Assembly (NCBI RefSeq): GCF_009914755.1
Contig: NC_060933.1
Strand: one strand, 5' to 3'
Length of the DNA: 64,000 bases
Source: the human T2T-CHM13v2.0 reference genome, Homo sapiens
Positions 12,683 to 25,200 of the stretch are shown one piece after another (the first letter of the stretch is position 1; each line of letters begins with the position of its first letter). The translations under genes were made by a program, and so were the position numbers. The notes under the pieces were generated by a model, which was not told the DNA's origin, made no database searches, and was given only the letters and a program-made list of their open reading frames with translations.

Positions 12683-15600
12683 AGCATTCTCAGAAACTTG
12701 TTTGTGATGTGTGTATTCAACTAACAGAGATGAACCTTTCTTTTTACAGAGCAGTTTTGAAACACTCTTTTTGTGGAATCTGAAAGTGGATATTTGGATA
12801 GCTTTGAGGATTTCGTTGGAAACGGGATTACATATAAAACCTAGAGAGAAGCATTCTCAGGAACTTCTTTGTGATGTTTGCCTTCAAGTCACAGGACTGA
12901 ACATTCCCTTTCATAGAGCAGGTTTGAAACACTCTTTCTGTAGTATCTGCAAGCTGACGTTTCAAGCGCTTTCAGGCCTATGGTGAGAAAGGAAATATCT
13001 TCAAGTAAAAACTAGACAGAAGCATTCTCAGAAACTTATTTGCCATGTGTGTTCTCAACTAACAGAGTTGAACCTTTGTTTTGATACGGCATTTTGGAAA
13101 CACTCTTTTTGTAGAATCTGCAGGTGGATATTCGGATAGCTTTGAAGGTTTCGTTGGAAACGGGAATATCTTCATATAAAATCTAGACGGAAGCATTCTC
13201 AGAAACTGCTTTGTGATGTTTTCATTCAAGTCACAGAGTAGAATCTTCCCTGTTATATACCAGGTTTCAGACACTCTTTCTGCACTACCTGGAAGTGGAC
13301 ATTTGCAGCGCTTTGAGGCCTATGATGAAAAAGGAAATATCTTCCCATAAAAACTAGACAGAAGCATTCTCAGAAACTTGTTTGTGATGTGTGTATTCAA
13401 CTAACAGAGATGAACCTTTCTTTTTACAGAGCAGTTTTGAAACACTCTTTTTGTGGAATCTGAAAGTGGATATTTGGATAGCTTTGAGGATTTCGTTGGA
13501 AACGGGATTACATATAAAATCTAGAGAGAAGCATTCTCAGGAACTTCTTTGTGATGTTTGCATTCACGTCACAGAACTGAACATTCCCTTTCATAGAGCA
13601 TGTTTGAAACACTCTTTCTGTAGTATCTGCAGACGGACATTTCAAACGCTTTCAGGCCTGTGGTGAGAAAGGAAATATCTTCAAATAAAAACTAGACAGA
13701 AGCATTCTCAGAAACTTATTTGCGATGTGTGTCCTCAACTAACAGAGTTGAACCTTTCTTTTGATACAACATTTTGGAAACACTCTTTTTGTGGAATCTG
13801 CAAGTGGATATTTGGATAGCTTTGAAGATTTCGTTGGAAACGGGAATATCTTCATATAAAATCAAGACAGAAGCATTCTCAGAAACTTCTCTGTGATGTT
13901 TGCATTCAACTCATAGAGTTGAACACTTCCCTTCATACAGCAGGTTTGAAACACTCTTTTTGTAATATTTGGAAGTGGACATTTGCAGCGCTTTGAGGCC
14001 TATGATGAAAAAGGTAATATCTTCCCATAAAAACTAGACAGAAGCATTCTCAGAAACTTGTTTGTGATGTGTGTATTCAACTAACAGAGATGAACCTTTC
14101 TTTTTACAGAGCAGTTTTGAAACACTCTTTTTGTGGAATCTGAAAGTGGATATTTGGATAGCTTTGCGGATTTCGTTGGAAACGGGATTACATATAAAAT
14201 CTAGGGAGAAGCATTCTCAGGAACTTCTTTGTGATGTTTGCATTCAAGTCACAGAACTGAACATTCCCTTTCATAGAGCAGGTTTGAAACACTCTTTCTG
14301 TAGTATCTGCAAGCGGACGTTTTAAGCGCTTTCAGGCCTGTGGTGAGAAAAGAAATATCTTCAAATAAAAACTAGACAGAAGCATTCTCAGAAACTTATT
14401 TGCGATGTGTGTCCTCAACTAACAGAGTTGAACCTTTCTTTTGATACAACATTTTGGAAACACTCTTTTTGTAGAATCTGCAAGTGGATATTTGGATAGC
14501 TTTGAAGGTTTCGTTGGAAACGGGAATATCTTCATATGAAATCAAGACAGAAGCATTCTCAGAAACTTCTCTGTGATGTTTGCATTCAACTCATAGAGTT
14601 GAACACTTCCCTTCATACAGCAGGTTTGAAACACTCTTTTTCTAATATTTGGAAGTGGACATTTGCAGCGCTTTGAGGCCTATGTTGAAAAAGGAAATAT
14701 CTTCTCCTAAAAACCAGACAGAAGCATTCTCAGAAACTTCCTTGTGATGTGTGTACTCAAGTAACAGAGTTGAACCTTCCTTTTGACAGAGCAGTTTTGA
14801 AGCACTCTTTTTGTAGAATCTGCAAGTGGATATTTTGATACCTTTGAGGATTTCGTTGGACACGGGATATCTTCATATAAAATCTAGACAGAAGCATTCT
14901 CAGAAACTTCTTTGTGCTGTATGTCCTCAATTAACAGAGTTGAACCTTTGTGTGGATACAGCATTTTGGAAACATTCCTTTAGTAGAATCTGCAAGTTGA
15001 TATTTAGATAGCTAGGAAGATTTCCTTGGAAACGGGAATATCTTCATATAAAATCTAGACGGAAGCATTCTCAGAAAGTGCTTTGTGATGTTTGCATTCA
15101 AGTCACAGAGTTGAATATTCCCTTTTATAGAGCAGGTTTGAAACACTCTTTCTGCACTACCTGGAAGTGGACATTTGGAGCGCTTTGAGGCCTATGTTGA
15201 AAAAGGAAATATGTTCCCATAAAAACTGGACAGAAGCATTCTCAGAAACTTGTTTGTGATGTGTGTATTCAACTAACAGAGATGAACCTTTCTTTTTACA
15301 GAGCAGTTTTGAAACACTCTTTTTGTGGAATCTGAAAGTGGATATTTGGATAGCTTTGAGGATTTCGTTGGAAACGGGATTACATATAAAACCTAGAGAG
15401 AAGCATTCTCAGGAACTTCTTTGTGATGTTTGCATTCAAGTCACAGGACTGAACATTCCCTTTCATAGAGCAGGTTTGAAACACTCTTTCTGTAGTATCT
15501 GCAAGCTGACGTTTCAAGCGCTTTCAGGCCTATGGTGAGAAAGGAAATATCTTCAAGTAAAAACTAGACAGAAGCATTCTCAGAAACTTATTTGCCATGT

Positions 15601-17786
15601 GTGTTCTCAACTAACAGAGTTGAACCTTTGTTTTGATACGGCATTTTGGAAACACTCTTTTTGTAGAATCTGCAGGTGGATATTCGGATAGCTTTGAAGG
15701 TTTCGTTGGAAACGGGAATATCTTCATATAAAATCTACACGGAAGCATTCTCAGAAACTGCTTTGTGATGTTTTCATTCAAGTCACAGAGTAGAATGTTC
15801 CCTGTTATATACCAGGTTTGAGACACTCTTTCTGCACTACCTGGAAGTGGACGTTTGGAGCGCTTTGAGGCCTATGTTGAAAAAGGAAATATCTTTCCAT
15901 AAAAACTAGACAGAAGCATTCTCAGAAACTTGTTTGTGATGTGTGTATTCAACTAACAGGGATGAACCTTTCTTATTACAGTGCAGTTTTGAAACACTCT
16001 TTTTGTGGAATCTGAAAGTGGATATTTGGATAGCTTTGAGGATTTCGTTGGAAACGGGATTACATATAAAACCTAGAGAGAAGCATTCTCAGGAACTTCT
16101 TTGTGATGTTTGCATTCAAGTCACAGAACTGAACATTCCCTTTCATAGAGCATGTTTGAAACACTCTTTCTGTAGTATCTGCAAACGGACATTTCAAACG
16201 CTTTCAGGCCTATGGTGAGAAAGGAAATATCTTCAAATAAAAACTAGACAGAAGCATTCTCAGAAACTTGTTTGCGATGTGTTTCCTCAACTAACAGAGT
16301 TGAACCTTTCTTTTGATACAACATTTTGGAAACACTCTTTTTGTAGAATCTGCAAGTGGATATTTGGATAGCTTTGAAGGTTTCTTTGGAAACGGGAATA
16401 TCTTCATATAAAATCAAGACAGAAGCATTCTCAGAAACTTCTCTGTGATGTTTGCATTCAACTCATAGAGTTGAACACTTCCCTTCATACAGCAGGTTTG
16501 AAACACTCTTTTTGTAATATTTGGAAGTGGACATTTGCAGCGCTTTGAGGCCTATGATGAAAAAGGTAATATCTTCCCATAAAAACTAGACAGAAGCATT
16601 CTCAGAAACTTGTTTGTGATGTGTGTATTCAACTAACAGAGATGAACCTTTCTTTTTACAGAGCAGTTTTGAAACACTCTTTTTGTGGAATCTGAAAGTG
16701 GATATTTGGATAGCTTTGCGGATTTCGTTGGAAACGGGATTACATATAAAATCTAGGGAGAAGCATTCTCAGGAACTTCTTTGTGATGTTTGCATTCAAG
16801 TCACAGAACTAAACATTCCCTTTCATAGAGCAGGTTTGAAACACTCTTTCTGTAGTATCTGCAAGCGGACGTTTTAAGCGCTTTCAGGCCTGTGGTGAGA
16901 AAGGAAATATCTTCAAATAAAAACTAGACAGAAGCATTCTCAGAAACTTATTTGCGATGTGTGTCCTCAACTAACAGAGTTGAACCTTTCTTTTGATACA
17001 ACATTTTGGAAACACTCTTTTTGTAGAATCTGCAAGTGGATATTTGGATAGCTTTGAAGGTTTCGTTGTAAACGGGAATATCTTCATATGAAATCAAGAC
17101 AGAAGCATTCTCAGAAACTTCTCTGTGATGTTTGCATTCAACTCATAGAGTTGAACACTTCCCTTCATACAGCAGGTTTGAAACACTCTTTTTCTAATAT
17201 TTGGAAGTGGACATTTGCAGCGCTTTGAGGCCTATGTTGAAAAAGGTAATATCTTCTCCTAAAAACCAGACAGAAGCATTCTCAGAAACTTCCTTGTGAT
17301 GTGTGTACTCAAGTAACAGAGTTGAACCTTCATTTTGACAGAGCAGTTTTGAAGCACTCTTTTTGTAGAATCTGCAAGTGGATATTTTGATACCTTTGAG
17401 GATTTCGTTAGACACGGGATATCTTCATATAAAATCTAGACAGAAGCATTCTCAGAAACTTCTTTGTGCTGTATGTCCTCAATTAACAGAGTTGAACCTT
17501 TGTGTGGATACAGCATTTTGGAAACATTCCTTTAGTAGAATCTGCAAGTTGATATTTAGATAGCTAGGAAGATTTCCTTGGAAACGGGAATATCTTCATA
17601 TAAAATCTAGACGGAAGCATTCTCAGAAAGTGCTTTGTGATGTTTGCATTCAAGTCACAGAGTTGAATATTCCCTTTTATAGAGCAGGTTTGAAACACTC
17701 TTTCTGCACTACCTGGAAGTGGACATTTGGAGCGCTTTGAGGCCTATGTTGAAAAAGGAAATATCTTCCCATAAAAACTAGACAGA
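12683..17786 (+). repeat. Two 15-mer HORs (2552 bp): class x 12683-15234, class y 15235-17786
   Basis: Marker spacing 12274, 14826, 17378; three tetramers each. Confidence 0.95.
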
Positions 17787-19658
17787 AGGATTCTCAGAAA
17801 TTTGTTTGTGATGTGTGTATTCAACTAACAGAGATGAACCTTTCTTTTTACAGAGCAGTTTTGAAACACTCTTTTTGTGGATTCTGAAAGTGGATATTTG
17901 GATAGCTTTGAGGATTTTGTTGGAAACGGGATTACATATAAAACCTAGAGAGAAGCATTCTCAGGAACTTCTTTGTGATGTTTGCATTCAAGTCACAGAA
18001 CTGAACATTCCCTTTCATAGAGCAGGTTTGAAACACTCTTTCTGTAGTATCTGCAAGCTGACGTTTCAAGCGCTTTCAGGCCTATGGTGAGAAAGGAAAT
18101 ATCTTCAAGTAAAAACTAGACAGAAGCATTCTCAGAAACTTATTTGCGATGTGTGTTCTCAACTAACAGAGTTGAACCTTTATTTTGATATGGCATTTTG
18201 GAAACACTCTTTTTGTAGAATCTGCAGGTGGATATTCGGATAGCTTTGAACGTTTCGTTGGAAACGGGAATATCTTCATATAAAATCTAGACGGAAGCAT
18301 TCTCAGAAACTGCTTTGTGATGTTTTCATTCAAGTCACAGAGTAGAATGTTCCCCGTTATATAGCAGGTTTGAGACACTCTTTCTGCACTACCTGGAAGT
18401 GGACATTTGGAGCGCTTTGAGGCCTATGATGAAGAAGGAAATATCTTCCCATAAAAACTAGACAGAAGCATTCTCAGAAACTTGTTTGTGATGTGTGTAT
18501 TCAACTAACAGAGATGAACCTTTCTTTTTACAGAGCAGTTTTGAAACACTCTTTTTGTGGAATCTGAAAGTGGATATTTGGATAGCTTTGCGGATTTCGT
18601 TGGAAACGGGATTACATATAAAATCTAGGGAGAAGCATTCTCAGGAACTTCTTTGTGATGTTTGCATTCAAGTCACAGAACTGAACATTCCCTTTCATAG
18701 AGCAGGTTTGAAACACTCTTTCTGTAGTATCTGCAAGCGGACGTTTTAAGCGCTTTCAGGCCTGTGGTGAGAAAGGAAATATCTTCAAATAAAAACTAGA
18801 CAGAAGCATTCTCAGAAACTTATTTGCGATGTGTGTCCTCAACTAACAGAGTTGAACCTTTCTTTTGATACAACATTTTGGAAACACTCTTTTTGTAGAA
18901 TCTGCAAGTGGATATTTGGATAACTTTGAAGGTTTCGTTGGAAACGGGAATATCTTCATATGAAATCAAGACAGAAGCATTCTCAGAAACTTCTCTGTGA
19001 TGTTTGCATTCAACTCATAGAGTTGAACACTTCCCTTCATACAGCAGGTTTGAAACACTCTTTTTCTAATATTTGGAAGTGGACATTTGCAGCGCTTTGA
19101 GGCCTATGTTGAAAAAGGAAATATCTTCTCCTAAAAACCAGACAGAAGCATTCTCAGAAACTTCCTTGTGATGTGTGTACTCAAGTAACAGAGTTGAACC
19201 TTCCTTTTGACAGAGCAGTTTTGAAGCACTCTTTTTGTAGAATCTGCAAGTGGATATTTTGATACCTTTGAGGATTTCGTTGGACACGGGATATCTTCAT
19301 ATAAAATCTAGACAGAAGCATTCTCAGAAACTTCTTTGTGCTGTATGTCCTCAATTAACAGAGTTGAACCTTTGTGTGGATACAGCATTTTGGAAACATT
19401 CCTTTAGAAGAATCTGCAAGTTGATATTTAGATAGCTAGGAAGATTTCCTTGGAAACGGGAATATCTTCATATAAAATCTAGATGGAAGCATTCTCAGAA
19501 AGTGCTTTGTGATGTTTGCATTCAAGTCACAGAGTTGAATATTCCCTTTTATAGAGCAGGTTTGAAACACTCTTTCTGCACTACCTGGAAGTGGACATTT
19601 GGAGCGCTTTGAGGCCTATGTTGAAAAAGGAAATATCTTCCCATAAAAACTAGACAGA
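17787..19658 (+). repeat. 11-mer HOR class d (A-type tetramer + B' + trimer)
   Basis: Spacing 17378 to 19250 = 1872; the second tetramer carries B' alleles GCGGATTTC and TCTAGGG. Confidence 0.93.
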
Positions 19659-22210
19659 AGGATTCTCAGAAACTTGTTTGTGATGTGTGTATTCAACTAA
19701 CAGAGATGAACCTTTCTTTTTACAGAGCAGTTTTGAAACACTCTTTTTGTGGAATCTGAAAGTGGATATTTGGATAGCTTTGAGGATTTCGTTGGAAACG
19801 GGATTACATATAAAACCTAGAGAGAAGCATTCTCAGGAACTTCTTTGTGATGTTTGCCTTCAAGTCACAGGACTGAACATTCCCTTTCATAGAGCAGGTT
19901 TGAAACACTCTTTCTGTAGTATCTGCAAGCTGACGTTTCAAGCGCTTTCAGGCCTATGGTGAGAAAGGAAATATCTTCAAGTAAAAACTAGACAGAAGCA
20001 TTCTCAGAAACTTATTTGCCATGTGTGTTCTCAACTAACAGAGTTGAACCTTTGTTTTGATACGGCATTTTGGAAACACTCTTTTTGTAGAATCTGCAGG
20101 TGGATATTCGGATAGCTTTGAAGGTTTCGTTGGAAACGGGAATATCTTCATATAAAATCTAGACGGAAGCATTCTCAGAAACTGCTTTGTGATGTTTTCA
20201 TTCAAGTCACAGAGTAGAATCTTCCCTGTTATATACCAGGTTTCAGACACTCTTTCTGCACTACCTGGAAGTGGACATTTGCAGCGCTTTGAGGCCTATG
20301 ATGAAAAAGGAAATATCTTCCCATAAAAACTAGACAGAAGCATTCTCAGAAACTTGTTTGTGATGTGTGTATTCAACTAACAGAGATGAACCTTTCTTTT
20401 TACAGAGCAGTTTTGAAACACTCTTTTTGTGGAATCTGAAAGTGGATATTTGGATAGCTTTGAGGATTTCGTTGGAAACGGGATTACATATAAAATCTAG
20501 AGAGAAGCATTCTCAGGAACTTCTTTGTGATGTTTGCATTCACGTCACAGAACTGAACATTCCCTTTCATAGAGCATGTTTGAAACACTCTTTCTGTAGT
20601 ATCTGCAAACGGACATTTCAAACGCTTTCAGGCCTATGGTGAGAAAGGAAATATCTTCAAATAAAAACTAGACAGAAGCATTCTCAGAAACTTATTTGCG
20701 ATGTGTGTCCTCAACTAACAGAGTTGAACCTTTCTTTTGATACAACATTTTGGAAACACTCTTTTTGTGGAATCTGCAAGTGGATATTTGGATAGCTTTG
20801 AAGATTTCGTTGGAAACGGGAATATCTTCATATAAAATCAAGACAGAAGCATTCTCAGAAACTTCTCTGTGATGTTTGCATTCAACTCATAGAGTTGAAC
20901 ACTTCCCTTCATACAGCAGGTTTGAAACACTCTTTTTGTAATATTTGGAAGTGGACATTTGCAGCGCTTTGAGGCCTATGATGAAAAAGGTAATATCTTC
21001 CCATAAAAACTAGACAGAAGCATTCTCAGAAACTTGTTTGTGATGTGTGTATTCAACTAACAGAGATGAACCTTTCTTTTTACAGAGCAGTTTTGAAACA
21101 CTCTTTTTGTGGAATCTGAAAGTGGATATTTGGATAGCTTTGCGGATTTCGTTGGAAACGGGATTACATATAAAATCTAGGGAGAAGCATTATCAGGAAC
21201 TTCTTTGTGATGTTTGCATTCAAGTCACAGAACTGAACATTCCCTTTCATAGAGCAGGTTTGAAACACTCTTTCTGTAGTATCTGCAAGCGGACGTTTTA
21301 AGCGCTTTCAGGCCTGTGGTGAGAAAAGAAATATCTTCAAATAAAAACTAGACAGAAGCATTCTCAGAAACTTATTTGCGATGTGTGTCCTCAACTAACA
21401 GAGTTGAACCTTTCTTTTGATACAACATTTTGGAAACACTCTTTTTGTAGAATCTGCAAGTGGATATTTGGATAGCTTTGAAGGTTTCGTTGGAAACGGG
21501 AATATCTTCATATGAAATCAAGACAGAAGCATTCTCAGAAACTTCTCTGTGATGTTTGCATTCAACTCATAGAGTTGAACACTTCCCTTCATACAGCAGG
21601 TTTGAAACACTCTTTTTGTAATATTTGGAAGTGGACATTTGCAGCGCTTTGAGGCCTATGTTGAAAAAGGAAATATCTTCTCCTAAAAACCAGACAGAAG
21701 CATTCTCAGAAACTTCCTTGTGATGTGTGTACTCAAGTAACAGAGTTGAACCTTCCTTTTGACAGAGCAGTTTTGAAGCACTCTTTTTGTAGAATCTGCA
21801 AGTGGATATTTTGATACCTTTGAGGATTTCGTTGGACACGGGATATCTTCATATAAAATCTAGACAGAAGCATTCTCAGAAACTTCTTTGTGCTGTATGT
21901 CCTCAATTAACAGAGTTGAACCTTTGTGTGGATACAGCATTTTGGAAACATTCCTTTAGTAGAATCTGCAAGTTGATATTTAGATAGCTAGGAAGATTTC
22001 CTTGGAAACGGGAATATCTTCATATAAAATCTAGACGGAAGCATTCTCAGAAAGTGCTTTGTGATGTTTGCATTCAAGTCACAGAGTTGAATATTCCCTT
22101 TTATAGAGCAGGTTTGAAACACTCTTTCTGCACTACCTGGAAGTGGACATTTGGAGCGCTTTGAGGCCTATGTTGAAAAAGGAAATATCTTCCCATAAAA
22201 ACTAGACAGA
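19659..22210 (+). repeat. 15-mer HOR class x
   Basis: Spacing 19250 to 21802 = 2552; shares GAAGATTTCG and GAGAAAAGAA with 12683-15234. Confidence 0.94.
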
Positions 22211-25200
22211 AGCATTCTCAGAAACTTGTTTGTGATGTGTGTATTCAACTAACAGAGATGAACCTTTCTTTTTACAGAGCAGTTTTGAAACACTCTTTTT
22301 GTGGAATCTGAAAGTGGATATTTGGATAGCTTTGAGGATTTCGTTGGAAACGGGATTACATATAAAACCTAGAGAGAAGCATTCTCAGGAACTTCTTTGT
22401 GATGTTTGCCTTCAAGTCACAGGACTGAACATTCCCTTTCATAGAGCAGGTTTGAAACACTCTTTCTGTAGTATCTGCAAGCTGACGTTTCAAGCGCTTT
22501 CAGGCCTATGGTGAGAAAGGAAATATCTTCAAGTAAAAACTAGACAGAAGCATTCTCAGAAACTTATTTGCCATGTGTGTTCTCAACTAACAGAGTTGAA
22601 CCTTTGTTTTGATACGGCATTTTGGAAACACTCTTTTTGTAGAATCTGCAGGTGGATATTTGGATAGCTTTGAAGGTTTCGTTGGAAACGGGAATATCTT
22701 CATATAAAATCTTGACGGAAGCATTCTCAGAAACTGCTTTGTGATGTTTTCATTCAAGTCACAGAGTAGAATCTTCCCTGTTATATACCAGGTTTCAGAC
22801 ACTCTTTCTGCACTACCTGGAAGTGGACATTTGCAGCGCTTTGAGGCCTATGATGAAAAAGGAAATATCTTCCCATAAAAACTAGACAGAAGCATTCTCA
22901 GAAACTTGTTTGTGATGTGTGTATTCAACTAACAGAGATGAACCTTTCTTTTTACAGAGCAGTTTTGAAACACTCTTTTTGTGGAATCTGAAAGTGGATA
23001 TTTGGATAGCTTTGAGGATTTCGTTGGAAACGGGATTACATATAAAATCTAGAGAGAAGCATTCTCAGGAACTTCTTTGTGATGTTTGCATTCACGTCAC
23101 AGAACTGAACATTCCCTTTCATAGAGCATGTTTGAAACACTCTTTCTGTAGTATCTGCAAACGGACATTTCAAACGCTTTCAGGCCTATGGTGAGAAAGG
23201 AAATATCTTCAAATAAAAACTAGACAGAAGCATTCTCAGAAACTTATTTGCGATGTGTGTCCTCAACTAACAGAGTTGAACCTTTCTTTTGATACAACAT
23301 TTTGGAAACACTCTTTTTGTGGAATCTGCAAGTGGATATTTGGATAGCTTTGAAGGTTTCGTTGGAAACGGGAATATCTTCATATAAAATCAAGACAGAA
23401 GCATTCTCAGAAACTTCTCTGTGATGTTTGCATTCAACTCATAGAGTTGAACACTTCCCTTCATACAGCAGGTTTGAAACACTCTTTTTCTAATATTTGG
23501 AAGTGGACTTTTGCAGCGCTTTGAAGCCTATGATGAAAAAGGTAATATCTTCCCATAAAAACTAGAAAGAAGCATTCTCAGAAACTTGTTTGTGATGTGT
23601 GTATTCAACTAACAGAGATGAACCTTTCTTTTTACAGAGCAGTTTTGAAGCACTCTTTTTGTAGAATCTGCAAGTGGATATTTTGATACCATTGAGGATT
23701 TCTTTGGACACGGGATATCTTCATATAAAATCTAGACAGAAGCATTCTCAGAAACTTCTTTGTGCTGTATGTCCTCAATTAACAGAGTTGAACCTTTGTG
23801 TGGATACAGCATTTTGGAAACATTCCTTTAGTAGAATCTGCAAGTTGATATTTAGATAGCTAGGAAGAGTTCCTTGGAAACGGGAATATCTTCATATAAA
23901 ATCTAGACGGAAGCATTCTCAGAAAGTGCTTTGTGATGTTTGCATTCAAGTCACAGAGTTGAATGTTCCCTTTTATAGAGCAGGTTTGAAACACTCTTTC
24001 TGCACTACCTGGAAGTGGACATTTGGAGCGCTTTGAGGCCTATGTTGAAAAAGGAAATATCTTCCCATAAAAACTAGACAGAAGCATTCTCAGAAACTTG
24101 TTTGTGATGTGTGTATTCAACTAACAGAGATGAACCTTTCTTTTTACAGAGCAGTTTTGAAACACTCTTTTTGTGGAATCTGAAAGTGGATATTTGGATA
24201 GCTTTGAGGATTTCGTTGGAAACGGGATTACATATAAAACCTAGAGAGAAGCATTCTCAGGAACTTCTTTGTGATGTTTGCATTCAAGTCACAGAACTCA
24301 ACATTCCCTTTCATAGAGCAGGTTTGAAACACTCTTTCTGTAGTATCTGCAAGCTGACGTTTCAAGCGCTTTCAGGCCTATGGTGAGAAAGGAAATATCT
24401 TCAAGTAAAAACTAGACAGAAGCATTCTCAGAAACTTATTTGCGATGTGTGTTCTCAACTAACAGAGTTGAACCTTTGTTTTGATATGGCATTTTGGAAA
24501 CACTCTTTTTGTAGAATCTGCAGGTGGATATTCGGATAGCTTTGAAGGTTTCGTTGGAAACGGGAATATCTTCATATAAAATCTAGACGGAAGCATTCTC
24601 AGAAACTGCTTTGTGATGTTTTCATTCAAGTCACAGAGTAGAATGTTCCCTGTTATATACCAGGTTTGAGACACTCTTTCTGCACTACCTGGAAGTGGAC
24701 ATTTGCAGCGCTTTGAGGCCTATGATGAAAAAGGAAATATCTTCCCATAAAAACTAGACAGAAGCATTCTCAGAAACTTGTTTGTGATGTGTGTATTCAA
24801 CTAACAGAGATGAACCTTTCTTTTTACAGAGCAGTTTTGAAACACTCTTTTTGTGGAATCTGAAAGTGGATATTTGGATAGCTTTGAGGATTTCGTTGGA
24901 AACGGGATTACATATAAAATCTAGAGAGAAGCATTCTCAGGAACTTCTTTGTGATGTTTGCATTCACGTCACAGAACTGAACATTCCCTTTCATAGAGCA
25001 TGTTTGAAACACTCTTTCTGTAGTATCTACAAACGGACATTTCAAACGCTTTCAGGCCTATGGTGAGAAAGGAAATATCTTCAAATAAAAACTAGACAGA
25101 AGCATTCTCAGAAACTTATTTGCGATGTGTGTCCTCAACTAACAGAGTTGAACCTTTCTTTTGATACAACATTTTGGAAACACTCTTTTTGTAGAATCTG

